The notes beneath the pieces are model-generated. The model ran no database searches and was not told the DNA's origin. It was given only the letters and a program-made list of their open reading frames with translations. The position numbers and the translations under genes were made by a program. Of a stretch of 64,000 nucleotides of DNA, positions 21,373 to 31,994 are shown piece by piece. Source of the stretch: an uncultured Gemmatimonadales bacterium (GTDB taxonomy: Bacteria; Gemmatimonadota; Gemmatimonadetes; Gemmatimonadales; Gemmatimonadaceae); assembly GCA_963851265.1 (NCBI GenBank), contig CAWKNZ010000002.1, positions 1,696,001 to 1,760,000 on the forward strand, read 5' to 3'. Every line of letters begins with the position of its first letter. The first letter of the stretch is position 1.

Positions 21373-23100
21373 TCAGGAGCGTGCCGGCAATACGGGCCGC
21401 AGCACGCGCCGCCACCAGCGCGCGCGCTGTTCGACGCGCTCCGCCGCCGCGCGGATGCGCCGCCACGCGCCGAGCATCGCCCCCGCGTCCGCGAAGCGCC
21501 GCTCCGGCTCGGGGTCGAGCGCGCGTCGCAGGAACTCGGCGAGCGCGGTCGGGAACCGGTCGAGCGGCGGTGCGCCGCGCATCTGCGACGCGAGCACCGC
21601 GGGTCCGTCGAGCCCGGGGAACGGCGGCTGCGCCTCGAGCGCGTAGTACAGGATCGCGCCCATCGCGAACACGTCCACCGTCGCGCCCTGCGGCTCGCCG
21701 AGCAGCTGCTCGGGCGGGGCGAACGCCGGGGTGCCCGACGCACCGGTGACCTCCTCGCCTAACGCACTCGCGATGCCGAAGTCCGACACGCGCCAGCGGC
21801 GGTAGCGGTCGATGAGCAGGTTCTCGGGCTTGAGGTCGCGGTGCACCACGCCGATCGCGTGCGCCGCGGCGAGCCCCTCGAGCACGAATTCGATCTGCGC
21901 GCCCACGTCGACGAGCGTGCGCGCCCCCGCGCGCCGCACGAGCTCCGCGAGCGAGCCGCCGTCGGCGAGCTCCATCGTGTACCAGCTCACCCCGCCGCGC
22001 GAGTCGAAGTCGAAGATCGGGACGAGCGCCGGGTGCGCGAGCTGCGCGGCGAGCGTCGCCTCGCGCCGGAACCGCGCCACCGCGTCGGCGTCGCGCGCCA
22101 CGTGCGCGTGCAGCATCTTGAGCGCGACCTCGCGTCCCAGCGAGAGGTCGCGCACGCGCCACACCGAGCCGAACGTGCCGGCGCCTAACGGTGCGAGCGT
22201 CTCGTAGTCGTCGCCGGTGGCCCAGCGCAGCCGCGCTTCGGCCGTGAGCGCGACGGTCTCGTCGGTCGCGCCCTCGGTCGCGACGATGGGCGTCGGCCGC
22301 ACCGCGATGCCGCGGTCGAGCGCGCGCACCATCGCCGCGACCGACGCGAACCGGCGCGTCGGGTCGGGGTCGAGCGCCCGCTCGATCACGTCGGCCGCGC
22401 TCGCCGGACACTCGGGACGCAGCAGGCGCACGGGCGGCACGTCGTCCGCCGGCGGCAGTTCGCCGGTGAGCGCGAAGAACGCCACCGCCGCCAGCTGCCA
22501 CTGGTCGGTGCTCACGGTGGGCGCCCACCGGCCACGCTCCTCCGGCGCCCGCGGAATCGTGACCGGGTCGGGCGAGATCGCCGCGGGGACGCGATCGCGC
22601 GGGACGGCCCATTGCCACCCCAACAGCCACAGCCGGCCGGACGAGGTCAGCCACAGGGTGCTCGGCGACACCGCCCCGTGCGGCCCGCCGCTGTCGTGCA
22701 GGTACGACACCACCGCGCCGGCCTCGCGCAGCAGCCGGAGCACCGCCGGGATCCCCTCTGGCCCGTGGCGCCCGACACGCTGGTGGAGCGGCTCTCCGCC
22801 GATCCAGCGGCGCAGGTACCCCGGCCCGCGTCGCGGCTCGCGCGCCGGCACCCAGTAGTGATACGTCGTCGGCACCGTCGGGTGACTGCGGTGCGCCAGC
22901 GCGCGCGCCTCGGCCAGCAGCCACGGCGCGTGCGCCGGATCGGGCGCGGTTACGAGCGACAGCGACCGCCCGAGCGCGTCGATGATCTCCTGGTAGTGCC
23001 GGTACTGCTCCTCGCGCGCGTCACTCCCCCACGCCCAGCCCGGCGGTAACTGCCACGACGCCAGGTGCGGTGGCAAGCGCGGGGAGGGGGCAGGAGGCAT
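21373..23100 (-). CDS. Ser/Thr protein kinase with an N-terminal degenerate kinase domain
   Basis: C-terminal GAGTFG, VALK, HRDLKPEN, DFG, APPE; N-terminal kinase-like region has HGA and GWQ in place of HRD and DFG. Confidence 0.85.
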   Translation of the reverse strand: MPPAPSPRLPPHLASWQLPPGWAWGSDAREEQYRHYQEIIDALGRSLSLVTAPDPAHAPWLLAEARALAHRSHPTVPTTYHYWVPAREPRRGPGYLRRWIGGEPLHQRVGRHGPEGIPAVLRLLREAGAVVSYLHDSGGPHGAVSPSTLWLTSSGRLWLLGWQWAVPRDRVPAAISPDPVTIPRAPEERGRWAPTVSTDQWQLAAVAFFALTGELPPADDVPPVRLLRPECPASAADVIERALDPDPTRRFASVAAMVRALDRGIAVRPTPIVATEGATDETVALTAEARLRWATGDDYETLAPLGAGTFGSVWRVRDLSLGREVALKMLHAHVARDADAVARFRREATLAAQLAHPALVPIFDFDSRGGVSWYTMELADGGSLAELVRRAGARTLVDVGAQIEFVLEGLAAAHAIGVVHRDLKPENLLIDRYRRWRVSDFGIASALGEEVTGASGTPAFAPPEQLLGEPQGATVDVFAMGAILYYALEAQPPFPGLDGPAVLASQMRGAPPLDRFPTALAEFLRRALDPEPERRFADAGAMLGAWRRIRAAAERVEQRARWWRRVLRPVLPARS

Positions 23101-23128
23101 CGTCGTCGCGTGGGTCGGCGCGGGCAGT

Positions 23129-26100
23129 CTAGGCCGGCCCGTCGGCTGCCCGCAACGCCACGGTCACGGTCGTTCCTTCCCCCTCCACGCTCTCGGCCGC
23201 GATCCGCCCACCCCATCCGTCGACGAGCCGGCGCGCGATCGCGAGGCCGAGCCCGCTGCCGCTCGTCCGCGTCGAGAAGTGCGGATCGAAGATGCGCGGC
23301 AGCACGTCGGGCGCTATCCCACAGCCGTCATCGCGAACCGAGAGCACGACGCCGGCGCCGTCGTGGTGGCCGCTGCGCGCGGCCGGTGCGACGGTGACCT
23401 GCACACGCCGTGCGCCGGCCAGCCGCGCGTTCTCGAGCAGGTTGAGCACCACCTCGCGCAGCTCGCCGTCGCGCGCCCACGCCGACGCCCGATCCGGCGC
23501 GTCGAGCTCCCACTGCACGTGACCGCCGTCCACGGCCTCCGCTTGCCCCGCGCCCTCCGCGGTCCCGAGCCGCTCGAGTGCGACCACGTCGCGCGCGATC
23601 GCGGCAACGTCGGCCGGTTCGGGCGCCGGAGCGTGGGCCGGCGTGGTGCCGTAACGGCTGAACGCCCGCGCGATCTCGTCCAGCCGGTCGATTTCCGCCA
23701 ACACCCGCTCGGCGTTCGCCTCGAGCAGCACGCCGAAGTCGCCGCGTCCGTCGCGGTACGCGCGTCGCAGGAGTTGCACGCCCAGCCGGATGGGGGTGAG
23801 CGGGTTTTTGATCTCGTGCGCGACCTGACGCGCCATCTCGCCCCACGCGAGCGCGCGCTGCGCGTGCGCGAGATCGGTCACATCGTCGAGGGTGAGCACC
23901 GCGCCCTGCGCCGCACGCACGAGCTCCACCGCGTCGAGACCCGAAACTCCGGTCGTGCCGGGCACCGCACCGAGCGTGGTGAGCCGAGCCCGGAGTTGTC
24001 GGCCGCGCAGCGTCACCTCGAACGCCACGTCGCGACCGTCCGGGCCCTCCGGAGAGACGCCAGCCGCCGCGTCGGCGAGAAACTCTCGCATCGGCCCGGC
24101 GATCTCGGGCGGGACGAGCAGATCGAGCGGGCGGCCGACCTCGAGCGGGCGGCCGAGCAGGGCCGCGGCGCGCGGGTTCGCGACGGTGACGCAGGCCGCC
24201 GCGTCGACCGCGATGACACCGCTCGCCACGTCGCGTAGTACGGCGCCGGTGCGGCGGCGCGCCGCCTCGAGTTCGACGTGACTCGCGTCGAGTTCCGAGG
24301 CCATGTGCCGGAACGCGCCGAACACCGGGCGGAATTCTGCCGGCGGTTCGCGATGGAGTGCGGCCGCGACCCGGTGCGCCCCGCGCCCGAGGCTCGCCGG
24401 GTCCGACTCGGAGAGTCCCGGCTTGCCGCGGGCCAGCGCGACCGCGGCGCGGCGCAGCGATCCCACCGGTCGCGCGAGTTGGCGCGCCGCGACGCCGCTC
24501 AGCCAGAGGGCCGCGAGCGCACCCGTCATCGCCGCGAGCAGGACGAGGAACCCGAGGTCTCGCCGCCGCTGGTCCAGCAGCACGTCGTCGCTGCGCGCTG
24601 GCGTGGCGAGAATCACCCGCCGACCGTCGGTCGTCAGCCCCGCGCGGAACCCGATGAGCGCGCGGCCGAGCGCGGCCGGACCGTCGATCGTCGCGGTGAG
24701 TTCGTCGCCCACGGCGACGCTCAGCATCTCGGCGACCGGCATGAGGCGACCGAGCGGCGCGAGCGGCACGAGCGCCGGCTCGCTCGCCGCAGTGAGCACG
24801 CCGCGCTCGTAGGCGAGCAGCGGCGCGCCGAGGCGCGCGGCCACCGGCGGCAGCACGCTCGTGCCCGCGCTCAGCGCGCCGTCCGCCATCGCGGCCCGCA
24901 GCGTCTCGCGCACGAGCTGGGTGCGCGCCTCACGGTCGCCCGCCTGCAGCTGCGCGAACGTCCACGCCGCGAAGACGAGCGTCGGGACCGCGAAGAAGCC
25001 GAACAACGCCGCCGTCAGGCGCGCGCGGTAGCTCCGCATCCAGTACTGCCAACCGCGGCGCGGCCGCGGCCAGCGCGCCGCATCGAGTGACGGGAGCCAC
25101 CAGAGCACGCCGATCACGAGCAGGTTGCCGAAGACCAGCAGCGCCGCGCGTTCGGCGAGTACGCCGAGCGACCCGAGCATCACTTCGACGTGCGCGGCCG
25201 CAGGGCCGTCCGGGAGGAGCACCTCGGCTTCGGCGTGCGCGATTTCGTCGCCGCGCGTCCAGCGCAGCGGCACCGGCCGCGCGTTCGGCGGCGGGCGGAC
25301 GCCCTCGGGCCGCGTCGCGCCCATCGGGCTCACGCGCCGCCCCTCGTGCAGGAGCGACAGGAGGTAGGGCGGCTCGTCGACGCGTGTCTGCCCACCGGCG
25401 AGCAGCACGTCGAGCGGGTCGATAGTCACGAACTGCGCGCGCGGGAAGAGCGTGACCGTCGCGATGCGCCCATCACGTTGCGGCACGGCGAGCAGCGTGG
25501 CCGCGCCCGGATCTGCCGCGATCGCGCGCGTCACCGCGGCGTGCGTCGCCGCGGCCTCTCGGATCGCGCCGACGACCGCCGTCGTATCGACGCCCCACAG
25601 GACGAAGCCGACGTGTTCGAGCGGCGACATGGCCCGCCGGGTCGTCGTGTCGGTCGCGGTCGCGTCGCGCACGGACGCCGTGTCCCACCGCGCGATCGAG
25701 ACGGGATAGCCGGCCGCGGCGAGCGCGGAGAGCGCGTAGCGCCGCAGGAGCGCCGCGCCGGCGGGGTCGCCCGCGGGCGCCGGGTCGGTCGCGAGCGTCC
25801 GGCCGAACCGCGCCAGCAGTGTGAGCGCGTCCGCATCGGGCATGGCGAGCGCGCGCACGTCGCGTTCGGCAAGCGCGACCTGACGCTCCATGGTCGCGCC
25901 CCAGACGAGCGTGCTCGCGCCGAGGCCGGCGACCGTGATCGCGGCAGGGATCACTGCGCGATTCGCGCGCGCCAGGACGACCAGCGCCGCCGGGATCGCC
26001 CAGAGCGCGGGATACCACGTCGGCCAGCCGTCGGGCGCGCTCCACTGTGTGGCCCCGACGACGGCGACGACCGCCGCGACGATCGGTCCGGCGAGGACGA

Positions 26101-27559
26101 AAAGCGACGCGTACGGCCCGACTTCGCCGCGCGTGAACCGCTCGCGCAACGGACGCACGAGCCCGACCACCCAGAGCAGGACGGCGGCGATGAGCAGGCA
26201 GAACGCGCCCTGCCACGCGATGAACAGCCCGGGCGTCGCGCCACCCGGGGGCGGGCTGATGCCGCGGGCCAGATCGCGTACGACGTGCGCTCCGAGTACG
26301 AACACCACCGCGCCGGCCAACGCCCCCCCGTACGCGCGCAACGTCCCTCGCCACCGGTCGCGCCCGGCTGCCTCCGTGCCGTGCCAGGCCGTGGCGACCG
26401 CGAGAAGTGCGACCGCACCCGTCGCGGCGAGCGCGCCGACGGTCGACGTGAGCGCGCCTCCAATCGGCGAGAAGTACACGGCGGGATCGAAGAACCGCGT
26501 CGCGTTGGAGAGCGCGCCGAGCGGCGTGAGGGCGAGCACCACCAGCGGGAGTGCGAGGCCGGCGGTCGACGCCGACGCGCGCGACAGGCGGGTGCGCGCG
26601 CCGAGGCGCCAGAGCGCGGCCGCGGCGAGCATCGTCATCAGGGTCACGCCCGGCGCGGCCACGCGACGCGCGTCGTCGAGGAGCTGCGCACGCACGGCGG
26701 CCGGGTCGGGCGGCACGGCACGGAGGGCGAGGCGCGCCGCCGAGCCCGGCACGGTCATTGTCCACCACTCCGGACCCACCGTCGGCGCCCCGTTCGCACT
26801 CGACCCCGACGGCTCGAGCGCGCGCACCTCCAGTCCACGCAACCCGCTCTCCCGCAACACGGCCGCGTCGAGCGCGCGCGCGAGGACGTCTGCCGGCGGC
26901 TCGGCGTGCAGCACGGTCGCAGCCACCGCGCGTCGACCGCCGCCCGATGCGGTCGCGTACAGCACCACGTAGAACGGCGAGCCCACGACACCCGTGCGCA
27001 CGCCCGCGTCGAGCGAATCGGGGCGGACGCGCCACGTTCCCGCCCAGCCCAGCGGCGTGCCGCGCGCGTCGAGCACCGCGACGGCGCGTTCACCGCGCCG
27101 TGCATCGCCCGAATCCGCGAGCGGCGCGAGCGCCTCGAACACCGCGCGCGGACTCCCCCCGGCCCGCGCGGCACGCGTGAGCGCGGTTCGCGCCGTGCGC
27201 TCGAGCGTCGCGAGGGTTGGCGCGACGGCAGCGGCCACGGCGGCCACCGCGGCGTTCTCGGGATGCGTGGCGCGCGCGCGCGCGACCTGCACGGCCGGCG
27301 TGGCGACGAGGAACGAGGCGAGCGCGAACAGCACGGCGGTCCCACGATCGATCTCGCGCTGGTGCACCGCGTCCGGCCCGAACCGCGGCCGTTTCCAACG
27401 CAGGGCGAGCGCGGCGATGCTGGCGACCACGGCGAGGACCGCATAGCGTTCGGAGGCGTTCCGAAACCAGAGCGCCGCCCCCAGCACCGCGACGGCTTGC
27501 AGAACGCCGACGCCGACGTCCGCCAGCTGCCCGCGACGTCCCTCCCGCCGCTCGCTCAT
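23129..27559 (-). CDS. Large multi-TM sensor histidine kinase (NtrY-like HAMP-PAS-HisKA-HATPase C-terminus)
   Basis: WGEMARQVAHEIKNPLTPI, NLLENA, DDGCG, FSTRTSGSGLGL; start uncertain. Confidence 0.88.
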   Translation of the reverse strand: MSERREGRRGQLADVGVGVLQAVAVLGAALWFRNASERYAVLAVVASIAALALRWKRPRFGPDAVHQREIDRGTAVLFALASFLVATPAVQVARARATHPENAAVAAVAAAVAPTLATLERTARTALTRAARAGGSPRAVFEALAPLADSGDARRGERAVAVLDARGTPLGWAGTWRVRPDSLDAGVRTGVVGSPFYVVLYATASGGGRRAVAATVLHAEPPADVLARALDAAVLRESGLRGLEVRALEPSGSSANGAPTVGPEWWTMTVPGSAARLALRAVPPDPAAVRAQLLDDARRVAAPGVTLMTMLAAAALWRLGARTRLSRASASTAGLALPLVVLALTPLGALSNATRFFDPAVYFSPIGGALTSTVGALAATGAVALLAVATAWHGTEAAGRDRWRGTLRAYGGALAGAVVFVLGAHVVRDLARGISPPPGGATPGLFIAWQGAFCLLIAAVLLWVVGLVRPLRERFTRGEVGPYASLFVLAGPIVAAVVAVVGATQWSAPDGWPTWYPALWAIPAALVVLARANRAVIPAAITVAGLGASTLVWGATMERQVALAERDVRALAMPDADALTLLARFGRTLATDPAPAGDPAGAALLRRYALSALAAAGYPVSIARWDTASVRDATATDTTTRRAMSPLEHVGFVLWGVDTTAVVGAIREAAATHAAVTRAIAADPGAATLLAVPQRDGRIATVTLFPRAQFVTIDPLDVLLAGGQTRVDEPPYLLSLLHEGRRVSPMGATRPEGVRPPPNARPVPLRWTRGDEIAHAEAEVLLPDGPAAAHVEVMLGSLGVLAERAALLVFGNLLVIGVLWWLPSLDAARWPRPRRGWQYWMRSYRARLTAALFGFFAVPTLVFAAWTFAQLQAGDREARTQLVRETLRAAMADGALSAGTSVLPPVAARLGAPLLAYERGVLTAASEPALVPLAPLGRLMPVAEMLSVAVGDELTATIDGPAALGRALIGFRAGLTTDGRRVILATPARSDDVLLDQRRRDLGFLVLLAAMTGALAALWLSGVAARQLARPVGSLRRAAVALARGKPGLSESDPASLGRGAHRVAAALHREPPAEFRPVFGAFRHMASELDASHVELEAARRRTGAVLRDVASGVIAVDAAACVTVANPRAAALLGRPLEVGRPLDLLVPPEIAGPMREFLADAAAGVSPEGPDGRDVAFEVTLRGRQLRARLTTLGAVPGTTGVSGLDAVELVRAAQGAVLTLDDVTDLAHAQRALAWGEMARQVAHEIKNPLTPIRLGVQLLRRAYRDGRGDFGVLLEANAERVLAEIDRLDEIARAFSRYGTTPAHAPAPEPADVAAIARDVVALERLGTAEGAGQAEAVDGGHVQWELDAPDRASAWARDGELREVVLNLLENARLAGARRVQVTVAPAARSGHHDGAGVVLSVRDDGCGIAPDVLPRIFDPHFSTRTSGSGLGLAIARRLVDGWGGRIAAESVEGEGTTVTVALRAADGPA

Positions 27560-27570
27560 CCGCCGCTCTG

Positions 27571-29010
27571 ATGGACGCAGGACCGGACGTCGCGCCGGAT
27601 GAGCCGCCGCCCACGTCGGCACGCTCGTCGGTCCGACGCGTCGCAGACTTCACCCCCGGCGCGCTCGCCACCGAATTGCGCGCCGACGCGCGCCTGCTGC
27701 TGCCGGTCGGCGCGCTCACGATGCGCTGGGCACACCTCCCGACCGGCGCCGATACGGTGATCGTCGACCGCCTCGCGGACGACCTTTCCGCGCGTTCCGG
27801 CGTGTTGCGCGCGCCGACCGTCAGCTACGGCACGACGGAGTCGGCCCCCGCCGGCGCCCTCGGCGCCACATCGGTCCGGAAGAAGACACTGCACCGGCTG
27901 TTGAACGACCTGCTCGCCGAATGGGAGTTGCACGGCGTGGATGAGTTCGTCCTCGTGACGGCGCATCGGTACGACGCGCACCTGGAGGCGCTCGCGACGG
28001 TGATCACGGCGCGCGCGCGCGTGCGGGTCGTCGACGCGCTCGCGGTGAATTGTACGGACTTGCTCGTCTCGCCCAGTCCCGACGAGCGCGATGAGGAGAC
28101 CGCGACTTCGCTGCTGCTCCACCTCGCCCCAGAACTGGTGCGGATAGCCGTCCCGGTCGACGATGCCCCCCATCGCACACCGCGCGCCGAGCCCGCGGCG
28201 GTCGGACTCGCCGCAGCCAGCGCCGAGAAGGGGGAGCGCATCTATGCGCGCATTCTCGGCCGCATCGCGACGCGCGTGCTCGGCGTGCCGGTCGCGGACG
28301 CGCCGCGCTTCGCCGTCGCGGCCCTACTCGCGGGCACGCTGGCGGCCGCGCTCGCGCGCCCGAGCGCCGCGCGCGCGCAGGTGGTCGCGGTCGACGAGGG
28401 CAGCTTCGTGGTGACGCGCGCGGGCGCGACGATCGGGCGCGAGCAGTTTCGCATCGTCCGACAGCCCGTCGTCGGCGGAGCCGCGGCGTTCGTCGCCCGC
28501 TCGGTCGCGGCGTACGGGACGCACCGTGTGATCCCTGCCCTCCAAACCGACGAGTCCGGCGCGCCGCTCCGCTACCAGGTCGAGGTGCGCGGCGACGGCA
28601 TCGACGAACGCGTTTCGGCGCAGGCGGGCGCGACGGGCCACTTCGCGGCGCAGGTGCGGCGCCACGGTGCCGAGGGCGCACGCGAGTACCTCCTCGCGCC
28701 GAGCACGGTCATCGTCGACGACGACACGTTCCACCAGCTCTACTTCGTCGCGCGACGCGCGCTCGCCGGCGCGACCGTGGTCCCGGTGCTGGTACCACGT
28801 ACCGACGCGCAGCTCACGGTCGCGGTGACCCGCGTCGGCTCGGAAGCGGTGACGATCGGCGGGACCGCGCTGCCGGCCATCCACTTCGCCCTCACCGACG
28901 CGCGCGCCGCGTGGCGCCGCGACCTGTGGGTCGATCGCAACGCGCGCGTGCTCCGCGTGCTCGTGCCCGCGACCGGCGTCGAGGCCACCCGCGAAGATCC
29001 GCCGCGTTGA
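27571..29010 (+). CDS. Creatininase-like domain fused to a secreted-type beta-rich hypothetical domain
   Basis: LLLPVG...HLPTGAD...APTVSYG resembles the creatininase fold; internal signal-like segment FAVAALLAGTLAAALARPSAARAQ precedes the second domain. Confidence 0.6.
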   Translation: MDAGPDVAPDEPPPTSARSSVRRVADFTPGALATELRADARLLLPVGALTMRWAHLPTGADTVIVDRLADDLSARSGVLRAPTVSYGTTESAPAGALGATSVRKKTLHRLLNDLLAEWELHGVDEFVLVTAHRYDAHLEALATVITARARVRVVDALAVNCTDLLVSPSPDERDEETATSLLLHLAPELVRIAVPVDDAPHRTPRAEPAAVGLAAASAEKGERIYARILGRIATRVLGVPVADAPRFAVAALLAGTLAAALARPSAARAQVVAVDEGSFVVTRAGATIGREQFRIVRQPVVGGAAAFVARSVAAYGTHRVIPALQTDESGAPLRYQVEVRGDGIDERVSAQAGATGHFAAQVRRHGAEGAREYLLAPSTVIVDDDTFHQLYFVARRALAGATVVPVLVPRTDAQLTVAVTRVGSEAVTIGGTALPAIHFALTDARAAWRRDLWVDRNARVLRVLVPATGVEATREDPPR

Positions 29011-29050
29011 CGGCGCGCCGAACACGCGCCGACGACGCGATCGCGACCTC

Positions 29051-30667
29051 ATGAAACCGCGCGCCGGCCCGCGTCGTATGCCCGCACGGTCGTTCCCTCC
29101 CGCCTCTTCCCGCATGCCGTCCTTCCCCGCCCCCGGCCGCGCGGCTGCCGTCCGACGCGGACGTCCCTCGCGCTTTTCCGGCGCGCTCCTCGTCGGCGCG
29201 CTGGTCCTCGGCGTCGCGCCCGCGGCCACACCGGTCGTCGCCCGCGCCCAAAGCATCACCGCCACCCCCGCGGCGCCCTCCGCCCTCTCGCTCGAGGACG
29301 CCATCGCGCTCGCCCGGACCAACGCGCCGGCGTACCTGCAGAGTACCAACCAGCGGCGCCGGGCGGACGCACAGGTACGCAGCGCACGCGGGGCATTGCT
29401 TCCGACGTTCACCACGAGCCTCGGCTCGACGTACCGCGAGGGCGGCCAGCAGCTCATTGCCGGCCAGGCGTTCGGTGCCTCGGCAAGCCAGGTGCAGGGG
29501 AGCTACGCGCTCGACCTCACGGCGTCGTACAGCGTTGCCGCATTGACGGCGCCGCGGCTGCAGCGGGCTGCCCGCGACGCGGTCGATGCCGACATCCTCG
29601 GGTCGGGCCAGCAGCTGCGGACCGGCGTGACGCAGCAGTACCTGACGGCGCTCCAGCAGCAGGCCCGGGCCGAGCTCGCCGACACCCTCGTCGCGACCGC
29701 GCGCACGCAGCTCGAGCTGGCGAAGGCGCGCGTCGCGGTCGGCGCCGCCACCGTGCTCGACGTGCGCCGCGCCGAGGTCGCGCTCGGCCAGCAGCAGGTC
29801 GCAGGTATTCAGGCGCGCAATCAGGCCGAGGTGGAGCGCGTGCGCCTGCTGCAGCAGATCGGCGTCGAGCCGAGCCGACCCGTCACGCTCACCTCGCGCT
29901 TCACGGTGAGCGACCCCGGCCTCACGCTCGACGCGCTGCTGCAGCAGGCGCGGACGTACAACCCCGCGCTCAACGCGCTCCGCTCGCGAGAGCGCGTGGC
30001 CGGTCTCTCGATCCGCCAGGCGCGCGGGGCGTACCTGCCGTCGCTGAACCTGTCGGCCAACGTCAGCGGGTTCAGCAGCCAGTTCACCAACACCGACGCG
30101 CTCGTCGCCGGCGCCCTCGGGTCGCAGGTCGCCCAGTGTCAGCAGCAGGCGGCCGTGCGCGCGATCGCGACCGGCCAGCCGGCCGATGCGTCGAGCTGTA
30201 CGGGCATGACGCTCACGCCGGCGCAGATCGCCAGCGCGCGCGCGGGCAACGGCAACTTCTTCAGCTTCTCGCGCAACCCGTACACGCTTTCGGCGTACCT
30301 GTCGTTCCCGATCTTCAACGGCTTCCAACGCGAGGTCGGCGTGCAGCAGGCGCGGGCCGACCAGTACGACGCCGACGCCCGCACGCGCGCGCAGGAGTTG
30401 CAGCTGACGGCCGACGTGACGGCGGCGTACCGCACGCTCGATTCGCAGCGGCAGGTCGTTGCCCAGCAGGAGCGGAACGTCGCGACCGCGAAGGAAGCGC
30501 TCTACCTGGCGCAGGAGCGGTACCGCGTCGGCGCGGGCGGCTACCTCGACGTGTCGCAGGCGCAGGACGCGTACAACACCGCGCAGACCGACTACATCAA
30601 CGCCGTGTACCAGTACCACAGCGCGTTCGCGACGCTCGAGAGCGCGGTCGGCCGTCCTCTCCGTTGA
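29051..30667 (+). CDS. TolC family outer membrane efflux protein
   Basis: LSLEDAIALA..N, LPSLNLS, PIFNG, ERYRVG...LDV; start may be further downstream. Confidence 0.88.
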   Translation: MKPRAGPRRMPARSFPPASSRMPSFPAPGRAAAVRRGRPSRFSGALLVGALVLGVAPAATPVVARAQSITATPAAPSALSLEDAIALARTNAPAYLQSTNQRRRADAQVRSARGALLPTFTTSLGSTYREGGQQLIAGQAFGASASQVQGSYALDLTASYSVAALTAPRLQRAARDAVDADILGSGQQLRTGVTQQYLTALQQQARAELADTLVATARTQLELAKARVAVGAATVLDVRRAEVALGQQQVAGIQARNQAEVERVRLLQQIGVEPSRPVTLTSRFTVSDPGLTLDALLQQARTYNPALNALRSRERVAGLSIRQARGAYLPSLNLSANVSGFSSQFTNTDALVAGALGSQVAQCQQQAAVRAIATGQPADASSCTGMTLTPAQIASARAGNGNFFSFSRNPYTLSAYLSFPIFNGFQREVGVQQARADQYDADARTRAQELQLTADVTAAYRTLDSQRQVVAQQERNVATAKEALYLAQERYRVGAGGYLDVSQAQDAYNTAQTDYINAVYQYHSAFATLESAVGRPLR

Positions 30668-30698
30668 GCCCCCTCCCCACTCCCGCCCGATCCGCCCC

Positions 30699-31994
30699 AT
30701 GCGCAAGAGCGTCAAACTGACCATCGCCGGCGTGGCCGTCGCCGCACTGGGCGGCGTCGCGGCCGCGGGCGCCAACAACCGGTCCAACAAGGGCGTCGAG
30801 GTCAAGACCGAGCCCGTGCGGCGGCGCGACCTCGTCGCCTCGGTGACTGCGAGCGGTCAGGTCCGCCCGCACACCAAGGTCGACGTCGCCGCCGACATCA
30901 GCGGGCGCATCGTCCGCCTCGCGGTCAAGGAGGGCCAGCTCGTCACGCGGGGCCAGTTCCTGCTGCAGATCGACCCGGCGCAGTACGCCGCCACGGTGCA
31001 GAGCGCGCAGGCGGCGGTGTCACAGGCGCGCGCGCAGCAGGCGCAGGCGCAGGCCAATCTCATCCAGGCCCAGCGCGCGTACGAACGCATGGCGGCCATC
31101 AAGAAGCAGAACCCGCAGCTCGTCTCCGAGTCGGAGCTCGACCAGCTCCACACGCAGGCCGACGCCGCGCGGGCCCTCGCCGACGCGAGCCGGTTCGCCA
31201 TCAACCAGGCACTCGGTCAGCTGCAGAACGCCCAGCAGGCGCTCGACAAGACCACGATCGTCGCGCCGATGAGCGGCCGCGTCACGCGCCTCAACGTCGA
31301 GCAGGGCGAGACGGCCGTGCCGGGCACGTTCAACAAGGACGCCGCCACGCTGCTCACGATCAGCGACATGAGCGTGCTCGAGACCAAGATCAAGGTCGAC
31401 GAGACGGACGTCGCGCGCATCAAGCTCGGCGACTCGGCGGTCGTCCAGATCGACGCGTTCCCGGACTCGACGTTCACGGGCCGCGTGACCGAGATCTCCA
31501 ACAGCGCGCTCAAGGCCGCGACGGGGCAGCAGGCCGCCGACCAGGCCGTGGACTACGAGGTGACCGTCCAGCTCCTCAATCCGCCGGTCGACACGCGCCC
31601 GGACTTCTCGGCGACCGCCAAGGTCGTCACGGCGGCGCGCCAGCGCGCGCTCGCGGTGCCGATCATCGCGCTCACCGTGCGCGAGAACGAGCCCGTCGGC
31701 GGCGACACCGCGCAACAGGGCCTCGGTGCAAAGCGTCCTCAGAAGGAAGTCGGCAAGAAGGACGTCGAAGGCGTCTTCCTCGTCGGCAAGGACAACAAGG
31801 TCCAGTTCCGCCCGGTGCGCGTCGGCATCGCGGGGGACAAGTACTTCGAAGTCGTCGGCGGTCTTCGCGAAGGAGAGACGATCGTGTCGGGAACGTACCA
31901 GGCCATCCGCGAGCTGAAGGACGGCGCGGCGATCCGCATCGCCCGCGACACCACGAAGGGCGCCAAGACGGCCGAGACGGGGGCGCCCAAGTGA
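30699..31994 (+). CDS. Efflux periplasmic adaptor (MacA-like)
   Basis: [32 protein letters not shown]. Confidence 0.9.
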   Translation: MRKSVKLTIAGVAVAALGGVAAAGANNRSNKGVEVKTEPVRRRDLVASVTASGQVRPHTKVDVAADISGRIVRLAVKEGQLVTRGQFLLQIDPAQYAATVQSAQAAVSQARAQQAQAQANLIQAQRAYERMAAIKKQNPQLVSESELDQLHTQADAARALADASRFAINQALGQLQNAQQALDKTTIVAPMSGRVTRLNVEQGETAVPGTFNKDAATLLTISDMSVLETKIKVDETDVARIKLGDSAVVQIDAFPDSTFTGRVTEISNSALKAATGQQAADQAVDYEVTVQLLNPPVDTRPDFSATAKVVTAARQRALAVPIIALTVRENEPVGGDTAQQGLGAKRPQKEVGKKDVEGVFLVGKDNKVQFRPVRVGIAGDKYFEVVGGLREGETIVSGTYQAIRELKDGAAIRIARDTTKGAKTAETGAPK

